From an uncultured bacterium (GTDB lineage: Bacteria > JAJVIF01 > JAPKYR01), in assembly GCA_965369865.1 (NCBI GenBank), contig CBDURU010000008.1:1-57118 (forward strand): a stretch of DNA of 57,118 nt, in the 5' to 3' direction. The notes beneath the pieces were generated by a model. That model was not told where the DNA came from. It made no database searches and saw only the letters and a program-made list of their open reading frames with translations. Position numbers and translations under genes: made by a program. This document shows positions 29,399-38,497 of the stretch, in pieces. How positions within the stretch are numbered: position 1 is the first letter of the stretch; every line of letters begins with the position of its first letter.

Positions 29399-30203
29399 AA
29401 TCCAGCACCAATTCAGGCAGCTCAAGAAGAGAATCGATGATATGGTCGGGACGGAGTTCCCCTCTTGCTTTTTCGGCTTCTTCCCTTGATGAGATCCCCG
29501 TTGTTACGAGAACCGTTTTTGCCCCGAATGAATTCCCGCAAACGATATCGGTATCAAGCCTGTCACCAATAATCCAAACTGAATCGCCAGGTGTGCCCGC
29601 ATCACTTCCAAGTTCCTCGACAAGGTATTTCAGGCCGTGGATTTTTGGTTTTCCGATTATTTCAGCCTTTACATTCGAAGCGGTCTCTACTGCGGCAACC
29701 ATGGTACCCGCACCAGGAAGGACCCTTCCTTTGTCAGCCGGGAACATGGCATCGATGTTTGTAGCGATTAATAGAGCTCCATTGACAAGGATTTCATGTT
29801 GGGCGCGAGCGATTTTATAAAACGTGATGTCCCGGTCCCATCCGACAACCACAAGCTCGCAAAGGTTTCCTTCCTCGTGGTTTCCAGCATCGAATCCATG
29901 TTCGTTTAAAGTTTCGATCAGGCCATTTTTACCAATTACATAGATCCGTGTCCCTGAATGTCCCTGGCTTTTGAGATACCTTGCAGTTGCTTCCCCACTT
30001 GTCATGATCTGGTGTATCAGCGCGCGTATACCGTGGATCTCAAGGCGCTCAGCAATTCCCTCCCTGGTGCGGCTGGCGTTGTTTGTGAGGTATCCGGTTA
30101 CTACTCCCTGTGCTTCAAGGATTTTAATGCATTGAGAGGACTCGGGGATTGTTTCATTTCCACGGTATAAAACGCCATCCAGATCGAAAATCACTTTCGT
30201 CAT
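29385..30203 (-). CDS. HAD-IIA family hydrolase (NagD-like)
   Basis: FDLDGVL, LTNNA, IIGKP, IGDRLDTDI. Confidence 0.95.
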   Translation of the reverse strand: MTKVIFDLDGVLYRGNETIPESSQCIKILEAQGVVTGYLTNNASRTREGIAERLEIHGIRALIHQIMTSGEATARYLKSQGHSGTRIYVIGKNGLIETLNEHGFDAGNHEEGNLCELVVVGWDRDITFYKIARAQHEILVNGALLIATNIDAMFPADKGRVLPGAGTMVAAVETASNVKAEIIGKPKIHGLKYLVEELGSDAGTPGDSVWIIGDRLDTDIVCGNSFGAKTVLVTTGISSREEAEKARGELRPDHIIDSLLELPELVLDWVTD

Positions 30204-30226
30204 ATGGGTATAATACCAGATGGGTA

Positions 30227-30517
30227 ATGAAAAAGAGTTACGAGTCCTTATCTCCGGTATATCTGTTAATCCTGTCGTGGGGGTTGATTCTCAGCGCCCT
30301 TGTAATACGTTCCCGGCAGGGACTTGATTTGCCCTTGATTAACATGCTATTTTTAATGATTGGAATCGGCGCTTACTATCTTCCGCCCCGCTACGCGGGA
30401 AAAGAGTCGGGAGATATACTCAGACGGAAACTTCTGGGGTTCCTGGTTCTGGCGGGACTACTGATTTTCCTGAGTGAATTAATCAAGCTCCTCTTCCCTG
30501 GACTTATTCCCTTGTGA
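30227..30517 (+). CDS. small membrane protein (3 TM)
   Basis: Three hydrophobic segments; start moved to ATG 30227 to avoid overlapping the HAD gene. Confidence 0.6.
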   Translation: MKKSYESLSPVYLLILSWGLILSALVIRSRQGLDLPLINMLFLMIGIGAYYLPPRYAGKESGDILRRKLLGFLVLAGLLIFLSELIKLLFPGLIPL

Positions 30518-30537
30518 TTAGCAGATATTATTAATAT

Positions 30538-31140
30538 ATGGAATTTTTTAACCTTACATCCGTCCAGATTTTTTTTCAGAGTTCTTCACCCGATTCACGG
30601 TTCGAACTTGCCAATATGCCAATAGGCCAGTTTAAGTGGTGGATAATTCTTTGCGTTCTCGCACTGCATACAATTATCGCGGTAATAATCACGGAGCTTA
30701 TGACCCGTACATACGGACGGTGGTACATCTGGCTTCCTCTGGCTCTTGCATTACCGGTGATTGGCCCAATCGGAATTTATTTCTGGCACCTCGGCATAGC
30801 AAGTTCATTGATTAAGGCCCGGAAAAAGACATTCTGGAAACGTGTTCTATTCGATGTACCGGTAAGTCTCTATAGAATTCTCCTGCGCGAACAGGCAAGA
30901 ACCCAGGAGGTGGTGCTGAACGATGTAAGGCCCGTGAATAAAAGGGTATCACCGGTTACAAAAGACCCTGAACTGGAAAAATTACTAGCCAGCGAAAGTT
31001 TCGCTGAAGCCAGGGCTCTTGCATGGAGGATGCTGGAAATCGCGACAGATATGCATGATACGCCGAATATTAACCTCTACCAGGAGTATCTGTCGGTTAT
31101 TGGTGACAGGGAATCAATGGCGTCCGGAATAGAATTATAG
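30538..31140 (+). CDS. membrane protein of unknown function
   Basis: Two TM segments (..LPVIGPIGIYF) plus a helical C-terminal domain. Confidence 0.65.
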   Translation: MEFFNLTSVQIFFQSSSPDSRFELANMPIGQFKWWIILCVLALHTIIAVIITELMTRTYGRWYIWLPLALALPVIGPIGIYFWHLGIASSLIKARKKTFWKRVLFDVPVSLYRILLREQARTQEVVLNDVRPVNKRVSPVTKDPELEKLLASESFAEARALAWRMLEIATDMHDTPNINLYQEYLSVIGDRESMASGIEL

Positions 31141-31167
31141 AATCTAAACTTTCAAGGTAACAGGATG

Positions 31168-32349
31168 TTACCTGCCCCTGCGGTTCTTGGGACCAGTTTT
31201 GATGTTGCTGCCCAGTAAATGCTCGAATTCCACCAGGTTGTGTACATTCGTGAGCGCGTCCCCTTTTGTAATTACACCCTTGATATATAGTTCTTTGATG
31301 TAATTGTCCATCGTGGTCATTCCTTCCTTGGTGTTTGTCTGCAGAACGGAATAAATCTGGTGGACTTTCCCCTCACGAATAAGGTTGGCAACCGCGGGTG
31401 TGTTGATAAGGATTTCGAGGGCAGGAACCCGGCCCTTTCCATCGACCCGGATAATCAACTGCTGGGCGAAAATCGCTTTAAGTACAAGCGCGAGTTGGAA
31501 CCTGATCTGTCCCTGCTGGTGGGGTGGGAAGACATCGAGGATTCGGTCGATTGTCTGGGCGGTATCGATAGTGTGGAGAGTAGAGAATACCAGGTGGCCG
31601 GTTTCGGCAGCGGTGATCGCGAGTGAAATTGTTTCAAGGTCACGCATCTCGCCGACCAGTATGACATCCGGGTCCTGCCTGAGAACATGTTTCAGGGCTT
31701 CCGCAAAACTGAAGGTATCCTCGCCAAGTTCCCTCTGGTTGATCAACGACATCTTGTGTGTATGGACAAATTCGATTGGGTCCTCGATCGTCATTATGTG
31801 GCACTTGCGATGCTTATTGATGATGTCGATCAGTGCGGCAAGGGAGGATGATTTACCGGAGCCGGTGGGACCTGTAAAAAGAACCAGTCCCTGGTTCGCG
31901 GTAGCCATTTCACCCACGAGATGAGGGAGATTCAGTTCTGACAGGGTTGGAATTTTCGCCGGGATCGCCCTTGCGACGAGGCCGATGTGGCCTTTCTGGT
32001 AGAAAACATTGACACGGAATCGTCCAAGTCCTTTCAGGCTGATCGCGAAATCGAATTCACGGTTACGTTCAAATTTCCCGAACTGTTTTTCCGACATAAG
32101 CCCTCGTGCGAGGGACAGGGTGTCCTCACCCTTGAGCGGGGAGAGTTCGGTGAGGGGTTTCAAATCCCCGTGGATCCTGAGAACCGGTGAGACACCGACT
32201 GTCAGGTGAAGATCGCTGGCACCGGCCTTAACCATGCGAGTCAGGAGCTCGTCTACCGCAACCATGTGTGTAATTTCTGTCGATCGCTTTGGTTGTTTGT
32301 AATTAGGATCAAAAATCGGGTCGTATTCGGTTTTCATATCTTTAGCCAT
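31168..32349 (-). CDS. pilT: type IV pilus retraction ATPase PilT
   Basis: ASDLH, GPTGSGKS, TIEDPIE, LRQDPDVILVGEMRD, HLVFSTLH, AVANLIRE. Confidence 0.95.
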   Translation of the reverse strand: MAKDMKTEYDPIFDPNYKQPKRSTEITHMVAVDELLTRMVKAGASDLHLTVGVSPVLRIHGDLKPLTELSPLKGEDTLSLARGLMSEKQFGKFERNREFDFAISLKGLGRFRVNVFYQKGHIGLVARAIPAKIPTLSELNLPHLVGEMATANQGLVLFTGPTGSGKSSSLAALIDIINKHRKCHIMTIEDPIEFVHTHKMSLINQRELGEDTFSFAEALKHVLRQDPDVILVGEMRDLETISLAITAAETGHLVFSTLHTIDTAQTIDRILDVFPPHQQGQIRFQLALVLKAIFAQQLIIRVDGKGRVPALEILINTPAVANLIREGKVHQIYSVLQTNTKEGMTTMDNYIKELYIKGVITKGDALTNVHNLVEFEHLLGSNIKTGPKNRRGR

Positions 32350-32530
32350 ATGTCATACACCTCAATAAGATCGCCTGATTCAGCCTGATGATTCTTAATA
32401 TGAATTATACCACCGGTATAAAGATATCGTTAAATGAAAAGTTGAGTCGGAATCATTAATCAGAATTACTGTACGAAAATTTGCATTTATTCGTTTATTT
32501 TTGCTAAATATGGTATATTAAATTTCGTAA

Positions 32531-32544
32531 AGTAAGTACTGACA
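32531..32544. promoter_or_regulatory. putative TetR-family operator
   Basis: AGTAAGTACTGACA, near-palindrome upstream of the TetR gene; related copy at 33621-33634. Confidence 0.4.
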
Positions 32545-32789
32545 TTTTGTATGGTAAAGGTTTCAGGACGGGGCATGATAAATAGCATGTGCGCAGGTTT
32601 ATAAACAGGCTTAATACCGGAAGTCCAGGACAATAATTGCGATTTAATGTGTGGAGATCGATTTGAATTATAACCATTGGTTATGATTAATTGAGGTTTA
32701 TTAGAAATGGAGTTTAATATCCTGATATCTGGAAAAACTACCACCGGTAGAATATACAGGTTGAAAGGCGAGAATTGAGGGAATTATTA

Positions 32790-33416
32790 ATGCCGAAGAA
32801 CCGATTGTCAGGCGATGAAAGGCGACACCAGATAATAGAAAAAGCGGCTGAAGTGTTCGCGAAAAAAGGTGTTATGGGGACCAGGACCCGTGATATTGCT
32901 GAAGTCTGTAACATAAATGAGGCTTTGATTTACAGGCATTTTACAAGCAAGGATGAGCTTTATCAGGAGGCAATGATCTATTCGTACGATCTGGCGGTCC
33001 GTTCCTGGATGTCAGGCGCAAAGGGCCATGCCAATGGCCTTTCGGCTTTAATTGCGGTACTTTTGGTGCAATTTGAAATGCTCAGTGAAAACCCGGTGCT
33101 ATGTGCGAACATGTGGCATGGGATTGCCTCAACAACGCATGACCCGATAATGGCTGAAAGTTTGGAAGAAAAACTTAACTCATTTCATGTATTTATCAAG
33201 GGCATGATAGAGCAGGGAATAAAGGACGGCAGCATAAAACCTGAAATTACCCCCGACCTCGGCGCTTGGCTTTTGCGTGGCTCCAGTTTTAATTACATAC
33301 TTCGCGGGGTTTTAAACCTGGAAGCAGGCAGCGAAGCACGTGATCCCGAGCTGTACAGCAAATTTATTAGAGACTTGTTATCTACTGATTCGAAACCGGG
33401 ACCTGGTGAATCTTAA
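32790..33416 (+). CDS. TetR/AcrR-family transcriptional regulator
   Basis: ERRHQIIEKAAEVFAKKG...TRDIA...IYRHFTSKDEL. Confidence 0.95.
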   Translation: MPKNRLSGDERRHQIIEKAAEVFAKKGVMGTRTRDIAEVCNINEALIYRHFTSKDELYQEAMIYSYDLAVRSWMSGAKGHANGLSALIAVLLVQFEMLSENPVLCANMWHGIASTTHDPIMAESLEEKLNSFHVFIKGMIEQGIKDGSIKPEITPDLGAWLLRGSSFNYILRGVLNLEAGSEARDPELYSKFIRDLLSTDSKPGPGES

Positions 33417-33633
33417 ACTGAATTAATTTTACCATGTTAAAAAAAAGAAAGAGGAACATGGAAACCCGCTAAAATAAAGACATTCTGGGGATTTACATAA
33501 TTTACTTAACGTTATTGAAATAATTAAGATGCAATATTTAAGTATAGTTAAATGGGTGAATAGCTGAAATTCGAAAAAAAATAGAAAATATGGAAGATTT
33601 TTACTAATAAGGACTTGACTAGTAGGCATTTAC

Positions 33634-33662
33634 TTGCTAAATTTAGATTGAAAGCGTATTAT
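33634..33662 (+). promoter_or_regulatory. sigma70-type promoter with no downstream CDS
   Basis: TTGCTA-N17-TATTAT in an AT-rich region; operator-like AGTAGGCATTTACT abuts the -35. Confidence 0.55.
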
Positions 33663-33668
33663 GTTTGA

Positions 33669-33738
33669 AGTAATAAATTAGGCCTTTCCCTGCACTACCT
33701 CCTATAAGCCCCCTCCGCCCGGAGGGGGCGCCTATTTT
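33669..33738 (+). ncRNA. candidate ~70-nt small RNA with anti-SD motif
   Basis: Promoter, ACCTCCT at 33697-33703, 9-bp stem GCCCCCTCC/GGAGGGGGC, closing TAGGC/GCCTA, then TTTT. Confidence 0.4.
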
Positions 33739-33816
33739 AGTACAAGAGCATGAACCGGTTACCAAATCTGCCTGAGGGATTTTTTAAAAACAGGGGTTGT
33801 AATTCTTTGAGCGTAA

Positions 33817-34416
33817 TCAGAAAGTCAGTTGCCCGTTTTCGGAAGAGAGTTTTCTTTTTCTGAATTTCGAGACAACGACCTTCCCGAAATAGAAAAGCCC
33901 GGCAATGATTGCAACTGCAGTTATGTAAGGGACCGCGAGTCCGAGAACGCCAGTCAGTGCGGTCGTGCCGTCTTCGGCGATGCTTATTACCGGATTTGCG
34001 ACACCACCGGTGACTGCCGTTGACAGACCGCGAACTGTACCCTTGATGGCCTGGACGATCCCTGCAATTGTGGCGCCAATAATTATGCCGATCACGAGTG
34101 TTAGAAGCGGGTCCATTCCCTGGATAAGGCTGCTTGCTGCAATCGCGCCAGCGATCGGTCGGACTATTGTTCCCCCGGCGTCCAGTACATGGTCGACTGC
34201 AGGAATTTTGTCTCCGAGAATTTCAAGGACCGCTGCGGTTCCGAAAACGATTATCACCGGCCAGGCCATCATCCAGTCGAATCCGGACGAGAGCGTAATA
34301 AATCCGGCTTTCGCGCCAATGCTGATTATGAGAAGAGGGAGAAAAGCACGCATGCCGCATGTCGCAGCCAGTGAGAATCCCATTAACAGTGCGAATGTGA
34401 TTTCCAGGCCATTCAT
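33817..34416 (-). CDS. DUF4126 family membrane protein
   Basis: GFSLAATCGMRAFLPL, EILGDKIPAVDH, NPVISIAED; GGAGGT before ATG 34416. Confidence 0.9.
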   Translation of the reverse strand: MNGLEITFALLMGFSLAATCGMRAFLPLLIISIGAKAGFITLSSGFDWMMAWPVIIVFGTAAVLEILGDKIPAVDHVLDAGGTIVRPIAGAIAASSLIQGMDPLLTLVIGIIIGATIAGIVQAIKGTVRGLSTAVTGGVANPVISIAEDGTTALTGVLGLAVPYITAVAIIAGLFYFGKVVVSKFRKRKLSSENGQLTF

Positions 34417-34560
34417 AACATTTACCTCCGGTGTTACCCGGGGACAGGTAATATTCGGAAACATACCGAATAAAACCCGGCTCTTATGCCAATGTATCAC
34501 ATATTTTATACGATAGCTCAATGTCCCGGAAGTTTCATGGGGGTGTTATAATTCCCGATC

Positions 34561-35397
34561 ATGGGAAATCAAAAAGAAAATCTCAAATGTCCACCTGTGG
34601 TGCTTGTGTTGAGTGGACTTGACCCAACCGGGTCCGCAGGATTGATTGCCGATGTACGGGTGTTGACAATACTCGGATGCCACCCGTGCGGAGTTGTGAC
34701 ATGCGAGACAGTGCAATCGTCGAAAGGCGTGCAAAGAATTCAACCGGCGTCTCCCGACATATTCGCCGAACAATTGAACGCGCTGCTCGATGACCTTACC
34801 CTGGATGCCGTTAAAATTGGAGCGATCGCGTCGGTTGAAACAATCGAAGTCCTGGGAAATGTGCTTTCGAGAATCCCCGGGATTCCGGTGGTTCTCGATC
34901 CGGTATTTGAATCGTCATCAGGGGTGAAATTCCTCGACATGGACGGCATGAAGGCGATTTCGGGGGAACTTCTTGGAAAAGTTACTATTGCCACGCCGAA
35001 TATCGTCGAACTTGGCGCGCCGGCTGGGTTTGATGTGGATCAATCGGATGATGAGATGATACTGGGATGCGCGGGTGGATGGTTTGATTCTGGGGTAATG
35101 AATCTTCTCGTGACAGGGATTCGGGTGGGGGATGAGATCGAGAACAGGCTGATTTGCCACGTAGCCGATAAGGATCCGGAAGTGAAATCCTTCGTCTATC
35201 CATTTTATGATGTCGGTGAGGTTCATGGAACCGGTTGTATATTGTCGAGTGCGATCGCCGGGTATCTTGCGAAAGGCGAAGAGCTTAACGGTGCGGTGAA
35301 GATAGCGTGCGAGTTTGTTTCCGGTTTGGTTGGGAGTACCCGGAAGTTTGGAAGCGGTGCAGGATTCTGGGTGCATGGTGGTAGAATTGAGATCTAG
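34561..35397 (+). CDS. thiD: hydroxymethylpyrimidine/phosphomethylpyrimidine kinase
   Basis: GLDPTGSAGLIAD, AVKIG, VVLDPV, TPN..E, HGTGC. Confidence 0.9.
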   Translation: MGNQKENLKCPPVVLVLSGLDPTGSAGLIADVRVLTILGCHPCGVVTCETVQSSKGVQRIQPASPDIFAEQLNALLDDLTLDAVKIGAIASVETIEVLGNVLSRIPGIPVVLDPVFESSSGVKFLDMDGMKAISGELLGKVTIATPNIVELGAPAGFDVDQSDDEMILGCAGGWFDSGVMNLLVTGIRVGDEIENRLICHVADKDPEVKSFVYPFYDVGEVHGTGCILSSAIAGYLAKGEELNGAVKIACEFVSGLVGSTRKFGSGAGFWVHGGRIEI

Positions 35398-35490
35398 GGG
35401 ACGGAATATGATTGATCATGATACGGGACACAAGGTCTTTGTGATCCACATAGCTCAGGTAACCTGGTGGAATAAGGTTTGGAATTGTTT

Positions 35491-36939
35491 ATGAAAACAA
35501 CTGGATTATATTTACTCGCCATTTTAACGATATTCAGCTTTCTATACTGCAAGGGTATATTTAAAAATAGAAATCTGGCTGTTAATGATCTAGGTGAGGA
35601 AATCAACTGGCTGCATTTGATCGGTGGAGCAGAAAGTGACGAAATCACAGCTCTGGAATTGGATTCGGAAGGCAATGTTATCATTGGTGGTTATTTTAAA
35701 GGTGGCGTCGATTTTGATGATTCTGATGGGTTAATATATGGAGAACCTAATGGAGGCGGGGATATTTTTCTCTGCAAATATAATTCAGCCGGTGATTTCC
35801 TTTGGGCAAGATATGGAGGAGGTTTAAATGGTGATCAATTACTGGACATTGCAGTTGATAATGAAGGAAACATCATTGTAACAGGAGGGTTCCAGGGAAT
35901 CTTTACACTAGAGGACAATGTTCAGGAGTACAGTATTCAATCCGAGGGCATGGTCGATGTATATTTAATTAAATTCGATCGTGAAGGTCAGGTGATTTTC
36001 CTAAAATCATTTGGTGGGGCAGAGGAGGATTCAGCAAACAGCGTAGCAGTAGATTCTACAGGAAATATATTCATAACAGGGAGCTACAGGGGCAATTTCA
36101 CTGTTAACATTGCAGGCGAAACCACAGAATTAATGAGTAATGGTTTTGATGATTATTTCCTTGCAAAGTATAGTAGTGATGGTGAATTAGTTTTTTTAAA
36201 TTCTAATGGCTCAGTTGATAGAGAAACCGGGGTTGCAATTGAAATCGGAAATACAGGTAATCTATACATGTGTGTTTATGAAAATTCTGGTGCGAGTCTT
36301 GGATGTTACGACCCTAGCGGTGAAATCCTCTGGAAACAAAGCTTGAGCACACAGGCAACAGTTTCCTCGCTTTTTTATGGATATAACCTTTACGTAGACC
36401 ATAATGACAATATTTATGTCATAGGATGGTTCTTTGATGACTTAGAAATTCAAACTATCCAGGGTATTCAGACAATGACATCAATGGGTGAAAGGGATGC
36501 ATACATCCTAAAATTTGACATGACCGGGTGTATTCAATGGGGCAGGTCGTGGGGAGGTCCTGAGGATGAATCGGCTAATTCTTGCACGGTTGATAATTCC
36601 GGTAATATTTTAATTTACGGGTCTTTTTTCCAATATGTTAATTTCAATCCTGCAGGTGGACCCGCAGGTGCTGAAAGAGTTATCAGGACTGCAGAACAGG
36701 GTAACCGAGAGTTATACATCCTGGTGTTGGATAGTGACGGTATATTCAAGTCAGTTCTTACAACAGGTGGTGAAAGTGGAAATAAATCCTATCAGTTGGC
36801 GGTTACTACATCTGGGGATCTGATAATCACTGGAATGTTCACCAATACAATTAACATTGGCCTGGACGATAACATTACCGAAATAACTTCGATGGGATAC
36901 AGAGATGGTTTCGTGTGTAGTTATAAAGTTAGTTACTGA
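35491..36939 (+). CDS. SBBP-repeat beta-propeller secreted protein
   Basis: Repeats of GG..D.A..IAVD..GNI..TG.F and DIFL.KY. Confidence 0.85.
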   Translation: MKTTGLYLLAILTIFSFLYCKGIFKNRNLAVNDLGEEINWLHLIGGAESDEITALELDSEGNVIIGGYFKGGVDFDDSDGLIYGEPNGGGDIFLCKYNSAGDFLWARYGGGLNGDQLLDIAVDNEGNIIVTGGFQGIFTLEDNVQEYSIQSEGMVDVYLIKFDREGQVIFLKSFGGAEEDSANSVAVDSTGNIFITGSYRGNFTVNIAGETTELMSNGFDDYFLAKYSSDGELVFLNSNGSVDRETGVAIEIGNTGNLYMCVYENSGASLGCYDPSGEILWKQSLSTQATVSSLFYGYNLYVDHNDNIYVIGWFFDDLEIQTIQGIQTMTSMGERDAYILKFDMTGCIQWGRSWGGPEDESANSCTVDNSGNILIYGSFFQYVNFNPAGGPAGAERVIRTAEQGNRELYILVLDSDGIFKSVLTTGGESGNKSYQLAVTTSGDLIITGMFTNTINIGLDDNITEITSMGYRDGFVCSYKVSY

Positions 36940-37083
36940 GCACCAATACTCATCATTGATATACAATCGGTAACTTTTTTCCTGAGGCGTGTTTCAACAC
37001 TTCCTTAAATCAGGATGTTCCCGATTCCACACTCTGCTATAATCTCCCTCATATCCGCAACATGGTATTTCCCGGTGACCACC

Positions 37084-38334
37084 ATGGAACAGTCGATTGA
37101 AAGACAACTCGAACTCATCCGACGAAACACTGTCGAACTCATCCCCGAGGACGAACTCAGGGGGAAAATTAAAAAAGCGATAGAGGACGATAAACCGCTC
37201 AGGGTAAAACTCGGCCTCGATCCCAACCGACCGGACATCCATCTCGGGCACACTGTTGTTCTCCAGAAACTACGCGATTTCCAGGACCTCGGTCACCAGA
37301 TCATCCTGATTGTCGGCGACTTCACCGGTTTCATTGGCGATCCATCCGGACGCGATTCCGAGCGTTCGGCAATCGACTGGGACACTGTCCGGGCCAACGC
37401 AGAGACTTATTTCGACCAGGCAGCGAAAATCATCGACTACGAAAAAGCCGAAGTACGCTACAACTCAGAATGGCTCAAGCCGTTGAACTTTATGGATGTG
37501 CTCGCGCTGGCGAAATCGTTCACCGTACACCGTATGCTCGAACGGGACGATTTCGAGACAAGATACAAGGCGGGAACACCAATCAGTATCATGGAATTCC
37601 TCTACCCCCTCGCGCAGGCATATGATTCGGTCGCTATCGAAGCCGACATCGAACTCGGCGGAACCGACCAGCGTTTCAATCTCCTTGTCGGGCGAACGAT
37701 CCAGGAACGATACGGCCAGGAACCGCAGTGCCTTGTAATTATGCCTTTAATCGAAGGCACCGACGGTGATCGGAAGATGTCGAAAAGCCTCGATAATTAT
37801 ATTGGCATTACAGAGGACCCGGTCGACATGTACGGCAAAACGATGCGTATCCCCGACGAACTGATCGGCAAATGGCGGCAGCTCCTTACTCTCTACTCCC
37901 ACGAGGAACGTGAAATTCTCGAAACCGCACTGAAAGACGGCACGATGCATCCGATGGACGCCAAGAAGTCACTCGCGTTTGATATCGTGAAGAAATTCCA
38001 TTCCGAGGATGCCGCGCAGTCCGCACAGGATCATTTCGTCAAGGTATTTTCCCAACGCGAACTCCCGCAGGAAGAAAATATCCCGGTTTTCGAGATCACG
38101 ACCGACCTTGTTTCGGAGGGCGGGGCAAGGGTCATAGACCTGATGGCCGCGACTGAACTCGCGAAATCGAAAGGCGAGGCACGCCGTCTGATAAAAGGTG
38201 GAGGGGTTTATTTCAAACCGGACGATGGCGATGAGGGAAAAATCACAGATGAGCTTCAAACTCTAGTGCAACCTGTAACCGGAATTTTAAGAGCGGGAAA
38301 AAGACGGGTAGTAAGACTCGTGGATAAAAATTAG
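37084..38334 (+). CDS. tyrS: tyrosine--tRNA ligase
   Basis: KLGLDP..PDIHLGH, ELGGTDQRFN, KMSKS, C-terminal S4-like domain; start ATG 37084. Confidence 0.97.
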   Translation: MEQSIERQLELIRRNTVELIPEDELRGKIKKAIEDDKPLRVKLGLDPNRPDIHLGHTVVLQKLRDFQDLGHQIILIVGDFTGFIGDPSGRDSERSAIDWDTVRANAETYFDQAAKIIDYEKAEVRYNSEWLKPLNFMDVLALAKSFTVHRMLERDDFETRYKAGTPISIMEFLYPLAQAYDSVAIEADIELGGTDQRFNLLVGRTIQERYGQEPQCLVIMPLIEGTDGDRKMSKSLDNYIGITEDPVDMYGKTMRIPDELIGKWRQLLTLYSHEEREILETALKDGTMHPMDAKKSLAFDIVKKFHSEDAAQSAQDHFVKVFSQRELPQEENIPVFEITTDLVSEGGARVIDLMAATELAKSKGEARRLIKGGGVYFKPDDGDEGKITDELQTLVQPVTGILRAGKRRVVRLVDKN

Positions 38335-38340
38335 CACCTA

Positions 38341-38406
38341 AAGGAACGCGGAACCCCTGCTCCATATTATTTATTAATCAAGCGGAGCAGGGGCTCCGCG
38401 CTCCTT
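38341..38406. repeat. REP-like inverted repeat after tyrS
   Basis: 23-bp arms 38341-38363 and 38384-38406, 21/23 complementary. Confidence 0.75.
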
Positions 38407-38431
38407 ACATATGATCCCATCCCCGCAGCTC

Positions 38432-38460
38432 TTGACAAATCATCAAAACAACGGTATATC
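38432..38460 (+). promoter_or_regulatory. sigma70-type promoter
   Basis: TTGACA-N17-TATATC upstream of the 38498 gene. Confidence 0.55.
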
Positions 38461-38497
38461 ATGATTATGTAATGCCAGGCCATAGGAGTGGAACACT

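Noticed and set aside
32487..33629. Minus-strand ORFs 32487-32744 and 33429-33629
   Set aside because: They lie in AT-rich regulatory DNA, with no RBS or protein-like features.
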